From: Candidatus Obscuribacteraceae bacterium
GTDB taxonomy: Bacteria; Cyanobacteriota; Vampirovibrionia; Obscuribacterales; Obscuribacteraceae
Direction: 5' to 3'
Assembly (NCBI GenBank): GCA_044226015.1
Contig: JBGAHS010000002.1
Location: 657,571 to 721,570, forward strand
Length of the DNA: 64,000 bases
Made by a program: the position numbers and the translations under genes. Positions 54,471 through 63,996 of the stretch are shown piece after piece. The stretch's first letter is position 1. Every line of letters starts with the position of its first letter. The notes below the pieces were generated by a model. The model was not told the origin of the DNA. It worked only from the letters and a program-made list of their open reading frames with translations, and ran no database searches.

Positions 54471-54633
54471 GATAGCGTCCTCTAGACCCACCTCATTCTA
54501 ACCCTGGGTTAGAGGCATCAAAAGCTAATACTGTTCAAAATGCATCTTTTGTCACAAATTTGCATCAGAAGCAGGCTGGAAGCCGGCGCTCTCCCAGGCA
54601 AGCTCCTTCTCACATCTTCTGGGACCAGACGAG

Positions 54634-54788
54634 GCATACATGGATCGACGCCACATAGATTCGCAGACATGGACTCCTGCCACGTTGATCCGCATACATG
54701 GATCCGTTCCACATTGATTCGCATACATGGCACATCTATTCGCAGACATGGACTCCGTGCCACGTTGATCCGCATACATGGATTCGCA
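54634..54788. repeat. ~29-bp degenerate tandem repeat (5-6 units)
   Basis: cgca(t/g)acatgg..ccac(a/g)ttgat(t/c) repeated. Confidence 0.85.
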
Positions 54789-54976
54789 CACAAAATAGTT
54801 GGGGAGCGGGGCGGCAGCTTGCAGCACACAGAAACTGTACGAGACAGAATAATTAGAATCTCAAAAAGCAGTAAAGGCAGCTTGCGCTGCCTCTGCTGTG
54901 TCTTCCCCTAAAAAAGTCTTTGTCTTTTACCGCTATTTTGTCTATTACCGCTATGCCTGTAATTTATTGCTCTCTT

Positions 54977-55174
54977 CGATATCCCATTGGGCAGAGGTCT
55001 AACTTCCACCTCCTCCACATCAGCCGTCCTCTGCCTTGTGGGATTTCGATTTGGCGCTTCCTTTTAGTCGGTCATGAAAACTTTGCACATTGTGTCTTTA
55101 TTAGAATCCTTCCGGAAGAGATGACTTCCACCCAACCACCACTATCAACTTCATGCCATCTCTTCCGGGGATTC
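54977..55174. ncRNA. Candidate structured RNA: two long hairpins with related loops
   Basis: Stems atccca/tgggat + ggcagagg/cctctgcc, and gaatcc/ggattc + ccggaagagatg/catctcttccgg; both loops start acttccacc. Confidence 0.4.
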
Positions 55175-55328
55175 GTTCCGCTCCTGTCTAAATCAAACTT
55201 TCAATCAATCTTTGTTGGACTTCACGATTTCTCTTTTCTGCTTCGCTCGCTCTCTCGTCTCTCAACTCTCTTATACTATTTCTTTTTTGTAGGGAACGTG
55301 TGAGCCGTTCGTGAGGGTTTTGTGAGTC

Positions 55329-55706
55329 CTAGTGCCTGACTGGAACAGTTTGTCGGGTCAAGCTTTCCTTGGCTTTGCACGCAACATATGCATTCTCATC
55401 CTCAGTGAGAATTTTGAGAAGATCGACCGGTGCATCGAGATTTTCAGCAACGCCATAACGCACAGTTGCGAGGTCATCACATGCGAGCTTCTCCATAATT
55501 CGATAGGAGATGCATGGGTTTTGCGCGACGCTTAAACGCACGTCCCAATTTGCATCTGAAGCGAGCTCTTCCAAAATCGCATCAGGCGTGTGCGGATTAG
55601 ACGCTACTTGCCTGCGTATAACATGGTCTTGCGCTGTGGCCAATTTGGCCAGTACCTTTCCCGGCGTATGCGGGTTGCTTGCTATTACATAATAAACATC
55701 TGACAT
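55329..55706 (-). CDS. Leucine-rich-variant (LRV/HEAT-like) repeat protein
   Basis: Repeated VAxNPxTPxxxLxxLA. Confidence 0.85.
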   Translation of the reverse strand: MSDVYYVIASNPHTPGKVLAKLATAQDHVIRRQVASNPHTPDAILEELASDANWDVRLSVAQNPCISYRIMEKLACDDLATVRYGVAENLDAPVDLLKILTEDENAYVACKAKESLTRQTVPVRH

Positions 55707-55744
55707 GACTGTAAACTCCTAAATTCTGATGACGCTCAGTTCCA

Positions 55745-56170
55745 CTAATTGCAGTGACTATGCTCTGCCCACAGGTCATTTATTACCGAGAGAACCTGTT
55801 GCAACTTTGCTCCATTCACCGGCTTCACCATGTAATAGTTCATGTGAGAATCCAGGGCGCGTTGAATATCATTTTGATCATCTGACACAGTTAGCAAGAC
55901 AACGGGAATGTCATCTGCCTTAAGCAAAGTATGTACCTCTTCAAGGAATTCATGTCCTCCTTTTCGAGGCATGTTCAAGTCCAAAATAATAAGATCAGGT
56001 CGCGAAGCTTTTGAATACTCGCCATCCTTCTTTATGTAGCTGATTGCGTGCTCACCATCAGTCACAGCATGCAGATCAACATCAATGTGACAGTCTGCAA
56101 TTGCTTCTTCAACAAGGCGGCGATCAGCTGCGTGATCTTCGACTAAAAGTACATTCAATTTCTTATTCAT
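55745..56170 (-). CDS. Single-domain response regulator (Rcp1-like)
   Basis: LLVED, PDLIILDLNMP, VVLLT, KP. Confidence 0.92.
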   Translation of the reverse strand: MNKKLNVLLVEDHAADRRLVEEAIADCHIDVDLHAVTDGEHAISYIKKDGEYSKASRPDLIILDLNMPRKGGHEFLEEVHTLLKADDIPVVLLTVSDDQNDIQRALDSHMNYYMVKPVNGAKLQQVLSVINDLWAEHSHCN

Positions 56171-56196
56171 AAAACCTCCACCACGAACATTTCGAA

Positions 56197-57411
56197 CTAG
56201 GACTTACTTGGAATTTTGAAACAGAATCGCGCTCCTTTGCCGTGTTCTGATTCCACCCAGATTTCACCGCTATGCTGGACAACGATTGCTTTGCATATCG
56301 CCAGTCCCAATCCACTGCCTGGGTAAGTTTGCGTTGAGTGCAGTCGTTTGAACATCTCAAATATTTGACGTTGATACTGCCTTTCTATACCAATTCCGTT
56401 ATCTTGCACTGCAAAAATATAGCCTGAATCATACTTTTCGCAAGAGACATGGATTACCGGAGCCCGGTCAGCACTCTGAAATTTTAGAGCGTTGCCTATT
56501 AAATTTTGGAACAGCTGAGTAAGCTGAATTTTGTTTGCAATTAAGCGAGGCAATTCGTCGTGCGTGACTGTGGCTCCGGTCTCCGTGATCTTCACTTGCA
56601 GGTTGGCACAGGCATCCTCGAGGGCTTTCTCCACCTCCACATTCTCAAACTTCCTGGTGCTGTACGACACCGTCGCGTGCTCAAGAATGCCTTTAACCAA
56701 CCGCTCCATGCGTTTCGTGCCATCAACTATGTATTCAAGAAATTCATTTCCGCTTGCATCAAGCTTGTCTTTATACCTCGACTCTAACAATCCGACGTAG
56801 CCTTGAATAGCTCGAAGTGGCTCTTGCAAATCGTGCGATGCTACTCGCGCAAATTGCTGCAACATAGCGTTCGACCTGCCTAACTCATCTACCGTTCTTC
56901 GAAGCTTCTCCGCTGTGATTTTGTTTTTCGCAATTTCCTCCGACAATTGCTTGTTCGATGCAGCCAACTCAGAGGTGCGCAATGCGACGGTATCCTCGAG
57001 TTCCACAGCGCTTCTTCTTATGTGCGCGGTGCTGCGATTAGTCAACAAAATCATGAGAAGCATTATCGAAAACGGCAACGCATGACTAAAATCAAATTGG
57101 AAGATGGGCTGCGTAAAGAAATAGTCAAATAGAACGAGACTAAGAATACTTGCCCATAGTGCTGGTCCAAGGGTCGATCGGTATGCCAGCAGATATGTGG
57201 TGGCGAAGTACAGCATAATCACATCAATTAGACTGAATCGATAGCCGCCCTGAAAACACAGGTAGGTCACACTCGAGATTGCAACTGTAGCAATCAGATA
57301 TTGCATCGTCAATGATTCTAAATGCGGGGGATTTAAGACCCTATCTAGAAAGTTGTCTATGCACATCCTTGGGTCGTTGCCACATTTTTGGTTTTCAACG
57401 AGCGTGGTCAT
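56197..57411 (-). CDS. Sensor histidine kinase (DUF4118-like TM region)
   Basis: ASHDLQEPLR H-box, NLIGNALKF, DNGIG, GSGLGLAI; start uncertain. Confidence 0.92.
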   Translation of the reverse strand: MTTLVENQKCGNDPRMCIDNFLDRVLNPPHLESLTMQYLIATVAISSVTYLCFQGGYRFSLIDVIMLYFATTYLLAYRSTLGPALWASILSLVLFDYFFTQPIFQFDFSHALPFSIMLLMILLTNRSTAHIRRSAVELEDTVALRTSELAASNKQLSEEIAKNKITAEKLRRTVDELGRSNAMLQQFARVASHDLQEPLRAIQGYVGLLESRYKDKLDASGNEFLEYIVDGTKRMERLVKGILEHATVSYSTRKFENVEVEKALEDACANLQVKITETGATVTHDELPRLIANKIQLTQLFQNLIGNALKFQSADRAPVIHVSCEKYDSGYIFAVQDNGIGIERQYQRQIFEMFKRLHSTQTYPGSGLGLAICKAIVVQHSGEIWVESEHGKGARFCFKIPSKS

Positions 57412-57635
57412 TTGTGCGTTTCCTCTTCCAATGATTCGATAATATCGCTTTGTTGTGGGGGTCTTGTGAGAACGAAGTGATGATTTCGTGAGTAAATTGT
57501 GAGGAACTCGTGAGGAATGCGCCCTGAGCAAGTTCTCCAAGACGCGCCAGAGTCCGCAGCAGAAGAGCGTTTCAAGAACCATGCCATTTCATGCCTGAAG
57601 ACACAAGTGTAACTTTGCTCGCAAAAAATAATTCT

Positions 57636-57722
57636 GCTCCGCTGCAGCATCAGATCCATTTCTATGCAAAATCAGAATTATTCCGCTGCAACATCAGATC
57701 AATTGCGAAGGAAAATCAGATC
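57636..57722. repeat. ~43-bp degenerate direct repeat
   Basis: tccgctgca(g/a)catcagatc..aaaatcaga twice. Confidence 0.7.
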
Positions 57723-57884
57723 GCAGAACGAGCAATTGGCTTATAAGCAGCCTGGAAGCCTGCGTTCCCAGGCGATGTTCCTCTTCCTATGCATGACCAA
57801 ACAAACTTGCTATGCTTGATCATATAATTTCGATCTTGACCGGATCACTTGCTATGCTAATAAGGAATGTAGGAGAAATTTCCA

Positions 57885-58241
57885 GTGAACACATTTACTG
57901 AAACAGTTATCACTTCCTTATCCGCAACTAGCACCCTGGACGCCGCATTTCGCAAACTGAAAGAATGGAAATTTCCACTTGCAAAAATGGAGCCCATCGC
58001 GCAGGACGAATTTAGTCACGACATAGTGATACCATTTCGAGATAACAAACAGCATTTAGTTATCAGCGCGACATGACTGGGAGTAATAACGGCGGTCGCC
58101 GTCTGGCAGCATAAACCCAGTCCTAACGAACTCTTAAGCCATCGACTGAGTAATGGATGGCAAGCGCAGAGCTCTGAGCTTGTGGATGGTCCAAAGATTC
58201 TCGGCCATGCGAGTTGCCTCGGCTCCAATCTCGAGAGCTAA
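57885..58241 (+). CDS. Candidate 118-aa selenoprotein (in-frame TGA at codon 64, 58074-58076)
   Basis: AGGAG RBS and GTG start; frame stays open past TGA for 54 codons (ISAT*LGVITAVAVWQH...GHASC) to TAA 58239-58241, abutting the convergent kinase gene; SECIS-like hairpin follows. Confidence 0.7.
58077..58109 (+). promoter_or_regulatory. Putative bacterial SECIS element
   Basis: acggc-GGTC-gccgt at 58089-58102; loop starts 17 nt after UGA. Confidence 0.6.
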
Positions 58242-60082
58242 TGAGATCTCCTCTTCTCAATTTTTTCCATCATCGCTTCTTCTGATATCAGAGTATCAAT
58301 CCCAGTGCTAACACCGACCTCATCGTCAGCTCTTTCCTGCAGCAGACCAGCATCTTTATCATCCCCAAGTGAACGCAGAACAGAGACACAAGAGCGCATC
58401 TCTTGAGTGTGTCTTGCTGACCTCATGTATGGCATAGACAGCCACTGCCGCGCTGCCTTCTTGGCATACTCCAAGGCCTTCTCATTCATTTTATTCATAG
58501 CGCAGACTTGAGCGCGTCCAAGAAAGATGAGGTTTTCGCATTCTGCTTTATCTACCTTATCTCGTGCTTGCACTTGCGCACCCTCATTCAACATTTGTTC
58601 GGCTAGCTGAGCCTCACCAGTAACAATTCTGCAGTTAGCAGCATCGGCAAAGTATCTGACACTATCTACTTCTTCTTCACTCGCTGCTCTGGCAAGTCTT
58701 GCAGCAATCAAGTACAAATTTGCAGTAATCTTGTTCGGAAACAGCCTCTTCGGCTGCTCATATGCCATAGTACGCAAGGCGACTTCCAGCCCGAAAGAAT
58801 CTTTCAATCTTGCATTTACCGCCAACTCTGCGATCTTTCCCGAAGACAAATACAGCTTATTCATGGTTTCCGAATCTTTTGGCGGCGAATTGTGCAAACA
58901 GGTTAGGAGGCTTCTGATTGCGGAAGCCAATTCGTCGCCCGCAGCTACAGAATTTTTTTGCTCAAGAAACTTCTCACATGATTTTATACTCGATTGCATG
59001 CGAGTATAGATGTAATTTGCACGCGCTCTGCGGGCATCAAGTGCAAGTTTCGGTTTCAACTGGCTATTTAGTGAATCATTCTTAAGAGAATTACTTGTAT
59101 TGGCGAGCAGAAGCAGACCAATTCCCAAAACCGCAGAGATGGAGACTGCTGCAAGAACAAGAAACCTACCGCCTCCTTTCTTACTTTTTCGCTGCTCGAT
59201 GTTGATTGCTACTGTATCATCACCAAGTTCATTCAACAGCAAATCAATCGACTCTGCAAACTCAGCCATAGATTGAAATCGTCTCTCAGCTTGCTTTGCA
59301 GTTGCACGCTGCAATAGCTCATTTAGAAACCTATTTTGATTTTTGCCCAAGCCTGTTTTCAATTCAGGCAGAGTCTCGTTGATATGCTTATAAATGATGC
59401 CAACCGGAGTGTCCGCAACAAAAGGCACCTCACCAGTTATTATCTCGAACAAACAAATTCCCAGGGAATAAATATCAGCGCGGTGATCAACACGCTGCCC
59501 GGTGCATTGCTCAGGGCTCATATAGTTCACACTACCAACCAGAAACCCTGTCTTGGTCAACTTTATTTCACGCTCTTCTTGAAGTTTCGCAAGTCCAAAA
59601 TCGAGAATTTTGATGGTATCAGGCTCAGGCTCATCAACAAGAATAAAATTCTCCGGTTTTAAGTCACGATGAATAACACCTTCATGGTGCGCAAACTCCA
59701 TTGCATTCGCTAAATCTCTTATGATTTTGAGAGAACGAACATAGTTTAATCGCCTTTCAACAATCAGACGTCGAGCACTAACTCCTGAAATGTATTCCAT
59801 CACCAGATATGGTGCAAAAGATGAACTCACGCCTGCGTGGTAGATGCTTACGATGTTCAAGTGTTTAAGCTTGCCCAGGCTCAGGGCCTCACGAATGACC
59901 CGTTCTTTAAATACTTCGTCCGATTCCTCCACAACTTCAAAGATTTTGATAGCAACTAAACGGTCGGCATCTAGCTGTCGCGCTTTAAAAACTGATCCGA
60001 AGGCTCCCGTTCCCAATAGCTCAAGTAGCTCGTACCGATCGTCGAACGTCTTGCCTACCATGCTTTTGGGCGATAATTGCAT
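58238..60082 (-). CDS. Ser/Thr protein kinase with TM and helical/TPR-like external domain
   Basis: GTGAFG, HRDLKPEN, DFG, YMSPEQ. Confidence 0.93.
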   Translation of the reverse strand: MQLSPKSMVGKTFDDRYELLELLGTGAFGSVFKARQLDADRLVAIKIFEVVEESDEVFKERVIREALSLGKLKHLNIVSIYHAGVSSSFAPYLVMEYISGVSARRLIVERRLNYVRSLKIIRDLANAMEFAHHEGVIHRDLKPENFILVDEPEPDTIKILDFGLAKLQEEREIKLTKTGFLVGSVNYMSPEQCTGQRVDHRADIYSLGICLFEIITGEVPFVADTPVGIIYKHINETLPELKTGLGKNQNRFLNELLQRATAKQAERRFQSMAEFAESIDLLLNELGDDTVAINIEQRKSKKGGGRFLVLAAVSISAVLGIGLLLLANTSNSLKNDSLNSQLKPKLALDARRARANYIYTRMQSSIKSCEKFLEQKNSVAAGDELASAIRSLLTCLHNSPPKDSETMNKLYLSSGKIAELAVNARLKDSFGLEVALRTMAYEQPKRLFPNKITANLYLIAARLARAASEEEVDSVRYFADAANCRIVTGEAQLAEQMLNEGAQVQARDKVDKAECENLIFLGRAQVCAMNKMNEKALEYAKKAARQWLSMPYMRSARHTQEMRSCVSVLRSLGDDKDAGLLQERADDEVGVSTGIDTLISEEAMMEKIEKRRSH

Positions 60083-60108
60083 CGATTTGTGGGGACCTTG
60101 ACGCTAAA

Positions 60109-60127
60109 AATGAAAACGATTATCATT
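60109..60127. promoter_or_regulatory. Fur-family (Zur/Fur) box
   Basis: AATGAAAACGATTATCATT near-palindrome about 70 bp upstream of the MerC-like gene. Confidence 0.65.
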
Positions 60128-60196
60128 AATATACAGTCAGCATAGTGCGTAAAAGTGTATTTTCCCAGAATACTGACTGCTTAAGAGTTAGAACAA

Positions 60197-60718
60197 ATGT
60201 GTCAGTCCGCAGATGATTCCATCGCAGTAAACCACCGTCCGTGCATTGGGCGGCATGGCAAAACGGAAAAAACGCCAGTGGGCGCTCACTCTGAGCTGCA
60301 CGGTTCTGTAGACCTGTCGCAGATCAATATTGTAGCCAATGAAAACTCCTGGTCCTTAGACAAGCTGGGAATTCTTGCCAGCACAATTTGCATGGTGCAT
60401 TGCATCAGCATGCCACTTCTGATTAGCGCTCTGCCTTTTGTTGGGGCAGGATTCTTGGAGTCCGACTTCACTCATGAAGTACTGGCGGCCTTTGTTCTGG
60501 TTTTTGCTTTAGCTTCGCTCGTACCAAGCTATCTGAAGTACAAAGACAACGTTATTCTAGCCGGGCTCATCGCAGGTCTCAGCACGGTTATGTTTGCGAC
60601 ATTTTTTGTTGAAAAAACACTTGGGCACGGCTGGGAAATGCCACTTATAAGCGTCGGCAACATAATAATCGTTTTGACCCATTTGCGTAATCGCAAGCAT
60701 TTAGCCTGCAAACACTAG
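60197..60718 (+). CDS. MerC-domain membrane protein
   Basis: LDKLGILASTICMVHC, 4 TMs, C-terminal HLRN. Confidence 0.85.
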   Translation: MCQSADDSIAVNHRPCIGRHGKTEKTPVGAHSELHGSVDLSQINIVANENSWSLDKLGILASTICMVHCISMPLLISALPFVGAGFLESDFTHEVLAAFVLVFALASLVPSYLKYKDNVILAGLIAGLSTVMFATFFVEKTLGHGWEMPLISVGNIIIVLTHLRNRKHLACKH

Positions 60719-60820
60719 AATTGCAAATCCAAATTGCAGATCCCGGATTGCAAATCCAAATTGCAGGTCCCCGATTGCAGCTCCAGATTGCAGATTCTCG
60801 ATTGCAATTCCAGATTGCTG
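60718..60820. repeat. 13/14-bp tandem repeat (about 8 units)
   Basis: attgcaNNtcc repeated between convergent genes. Confidence 0.85.
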
Positions 60821-60837
60821 TAACAGATGCGCTGCGA

Positions 60838-62127
60838 TTAGTGTTTCTCGACCGCGTCGAGGTCAACTTTTCTTCCAAAGAAGGTTGACTGACCAATCGT
60901 TGGAATAGTTATGGTAAAAGTCGTTCCTTTGCCCAGCTCACTGGCAACAGCGATGGTGCCTCCGTGAGATTCCGTGATAGCCTTCACAATAGCCAGACCC
61001 AAACCGGCTCCACCCTTTGCACGCGAACGAGATTCATCGACTCGGAAGAACCGCTCAAATATTCTATCCAGAGCTTCTGCAGGAATGCCAACACCAGTGT
61101 CTGAAATTCTCAGCACCAAATTGCTTCCCGATAAATTAAGAGTGACCGTGACAGTGCCACCACTATTAGTGTAGTTGAGCGCATTCTCGAAAAGGTTGGC
61201 GAGCATGCGATAGAGAGCATCTTTGTCGCCACTAACTCTTGTAGGTGTTATTTCATCAGCCTTTAATTCAATGCCTTTGTCTTCATAGAGGTCTCCAAAT
61301 TCACCCAGAACTTCTCGAAGCAACATATCAAAACGAAGAGGTATCAGCTTCAAGGCAAGGCTCGATTGTTCAGATTTTGTCAATAACAACAGGTCTGCAA
61401 CGAGTCTTTGCATTCTGTCAGCAGTTCTACTAATAACCTCGACTCTATCAGTTGCTGCTTTATTTCCTTCCAGATCAGCAAGCAGATTGTCACAGGTTGC
61501 ATGAATTACAGCAATCGGTGTTTTCAGCTCGTGCCCCGCATCAGACATGAAGCGGCGCAGAATAGCAAAAGTGTCCTCTATAGGCCGCAAAGCTCTGCTG
61601 GCAAAGATATAACCAGCTGCGGCAAGTGCAACAATCAAGATAGGCGCCGTTGTATACAAAGCTTCGAGATATTCAGCAATTGCATGTTCTCTATGAGCGG
61701 TCGAAAGTTGAATTTGAATGAACCCTACTTTCTTTCCCTGATTATTGGTTACTTCTTCAGCCAGGGTGCGCAAATGCACCGCAGAGAATGGAACTTCGGA
61801 GGTTCCAATTCTCATGAGCGCCTTAGAACCGACAGGACCATGCTGAACAATCAATCTTCTATCGGCACCAAACAAGGTGACAGTTGGAGACAGAATCAGA
61901 TTTGAAATACTCAGCTCTTTCGGGGGCTGGCGCAAAGAAAGTGCGTCGTCAAAGCCAACTTCGACAGATGGCAGTATCACAGAATATATTTCCTGCAATT
62001 GCTCATCTAATGATTGCGAAAGTCCATGGTGAAAAAAATACGCCGATATAACTGACAAGCAAACAAACGCGGTAATTGAGAGAATCAAAAACTTGCCAGT
62101 CAGGTTGAAGCGCAGACTTTTGAACAT
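60838..62127 (-). CDS. Sensor histidine kinase
   Basis: FMSDAGHELKTP, NLFENALNY, DTGVG, GAGLGLAI. Confidence 0.94.
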   Translation of the reverse strand: MFKSLRFNLTGKFLILSITAFVCLSVISAYFFHHGLSQSLDEQLQEIYSVILPSVEVGFDDALSLRQPPKELSISNLILSPTVTLFGADRRLIVQHGPVGSKALMRIGTSEVPFSAVHLRTLAEEVTNNQGKKVGFIQIQLSTAHREHAIAEYLEALYTTAPILIVALAAAGYIFASRALRPIEDTFAILRRFMSDAGHELKTPIAVIHATCDNLLADLEGNKAATDRVEVISRTADRMQRLVADLLLLTKSEQSSLALKLIPLRFDMLLREVLGEFGDLYEDKGIELKADEITPTRVSGDKDALYRMLANLFENALNYTNSGGTVTVTLNLSGSNLVLRISDTGVGIPAEALDRIFERFFRVDESRSRAKGGAGLGLAIVKAITESHGGTIAVASELGKGTTFTITIPTIGQSTFFGRKVDLDAVEKH

Positions 62128-62810
62128 TACTTGTCCTCGAGCCTGTACCCAAGTCCATGAACTGTGGTTATTATCGAAGGCTCCCCAGAGCTGTCTAGCT
62201 TTTTTCTAAGTGCTTTGATGTACGTCCTAATGGAATCTGGAGACACCGAAGTGTCAGACTCCCAAACGCGATCGAGCAAAGCATCAGCGCTGAAAACAAC
62301 ATTGCGATTGCGCATCAAGAATTCAAGGAGAGCAAATTCTTTCGGCTCTAACTTAATGTCATGTTCTCCCTTACACACTCTGCGAGCGGCTGGGTCAAGA
62401 CTGATCATTCCCAGGTGAAGAACCTTGTCAGTGCTAGCACCAGCACCGGAAGCTCGGCGTATCAAGGCACGAACACGAGCCGACAATTCTTTCAAATGAA
62501 ATGGCTTGCACAGGTAATCATCAGCGCCCGCATCAAGGCCCTGCTCCTTATCATCAACAGTGCTTCTGGCCGTCAGCATTAACACAGGTGATTTACCACC
62601 GAGCGATCTATATTTCTTGCATATCTCAAGACCACTCATTCCCGGCAATTGCCAATCAAGAATGATGACATCATATTTGGAGACACGTAACTGATGGTAG
62701 GCCATCTCACCATTATCGAGAGTTTCGACAATATGATGGTCGCGCATCAACCAATCTTTGATTTGTTTAGACAAATCCAACTCATCTTCTACTAGTAGTA
62801 TCTTGCTCAT
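62127..62810 (-). CDS. OmpR-family response regulator
   Basis: ILLVEDE, IILDW, GADDYLCKPF, TVHGLGY; TAATG coupling to the kinase. Confidence 0.95.
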   Translation of the reverse strand: MSKILLVEDELDLSKQIKDWLMRDHHIVETLDNGEMAYHQLRVSKYDVIILDWQLPGMSGLEICKKYRSLGGKSPVLMLTARSTVDDKEQGLDAGADDYLCKPFHLKELSARVRALIRRASGAGASTDKVLHLGMISLDPAARRVCKGEHDIKLEPKEFALLEFLMRNRNVVFSADALLDRVWESDTSVSPDSIRTYIKALRKKLDSSGEPSIITTVHGLGYRLEDK

Positions 62811-62934
62811 ATATTTGCGGTACTTGTGAATTGTCGCGTGATATTCGCCATCTATTTTACACAAAAATAGTGACAGTGTCTCAGCCGAAAAATTCGTTGA
62901 GCAAACGCTCTACAAGCAAGTACAATATCTCACT

Positions 62935-63996
62935 GTGAAAAATCAAAAAGCGATCCGCAAAAAGAAACGGAAGGCGCAAAACGCTGCGCCTTCGAAGCGT
63001 TTTGTACGCAGCCTGGCACTCGCCTTGTGCATCATTTGCACTATTTGTGCATATGTGCCAGCGGGGCAACAAGACAGCTCTTCTGATCCAAAATACTCCG
63101 CGCAGGTGGCACCGATGCCTGCCGCTTTCGATAAGACACAACCTTTAGACAATCTAGAAAAACAGATCTTTTCTATGGCAGACCAACCGAAATTGCACCT
63201 TGGTGCATTTGCAGTTGAACCTGCAACAGGTCGCTACGTCAGCGTCAACGGGGAGGAAACCTTTGCAGCTGCTTCAATGATTAAGGTACCAGTGCTGGTG
63301 CAATTGCTTGATGCAATCGACAAGGGTGAAGTCTCGCCTGACGAAATTCTTGTAATGCGCAAAGACCTCATAGGTGGTGGCTCTGGATTTTTGCAATGGC
63401 GGCCAGTTGACTCCAAGGTTTCTCTAAAAGAAGCAATGGAAACAATGATCATCTTTTCAGACAATACTGCCACAAACTTGATTATCGATAGGCTAGGTGG
63501 AAAAGACGTTTGCAATCGAGCTTACTCGTATTGGGGACTCAAACACACATACATAAACAACTGGCTTCCAGACCTCGAAGGAACGAACAAAACAAGTCCA
63601 TACGATTTGGTTGAGCTTCTTGCTCGCGTCGATAAAGGAGACTTGTTGCAACCAGACAGTCGTAAACGAATGATGGCAATTATGGAAAAGACAAGAATAA
63701 AGACTCTTTTGCCATTTGGGCTGCCACCCGGAGCAAAAATTGCTCATAAAACTGGAGACATCGGCTCACTCGTTGGAGATTGCGGCATCATCGACAGCCC
63801 CGAACCAGACGGCAAGCATTTTATTGCATGCATTCAAGTTTCGCGTCCTCACAATGATAGACGAGCAAACGAATTAATAAGGCAAGTTTCCCGCGTATTG
63901 TACGCCGAGATGGTGCCGGGTGGTGCCTCACAACAAATTGCCTATTCCCAAACTCCAAGAAGAAGACATCGCCGTCATCGCGGCTCGTCTATGTAA
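62935..63996 (+). CDS. Class A beta-lactamase-like serine hydrolase
   Basis: SMIK (SxxK), SDN and HKTG motifs; N-terminal TM. Confidence 0.88.
   Translation: MKNQKAIRKKKRKAQNAAPSKRFVRSLALALCIICTICAYVPAGQQDSSSDPKYSAQVAPMPAAFDKTQPLDNLEKQIFSMADQPKLHLGAFAVEPATGRYVSVNGEETFAAASMIKVPVLVQLLDAIDKGEVSPDEILVMRKDLIGGGSGFLQWRPVDSKVSLKEAMETMIIFSDNTATNLIIDRLGGKDVCNRAYSYWGLKHTYINNWLPDLEGTNKTSPYDLVELLARVDKGDLLQPDSRKRMMAIMEKTRIKTLLPFGLPPGAKIAHKTGDIGSLVGDCGIIDSPEPDGKHFIACIQVSRPHNDRRANELIRQVSRVLYAEMVPGGASQQIAYSQTPRRRHRRHRGSSM

Noticed and set aside
54634..54788. Possible mini-CRISPR
   Set aside because: Variable parts are only ~7 nt and recur; units are degenerate
62935..63996. Acquired antibiotic-resistance beta-lactamase
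   Set aside because: Membrane-anchored chromosomal class A-like hydrolase with no mobile context; activity cannot be inferred
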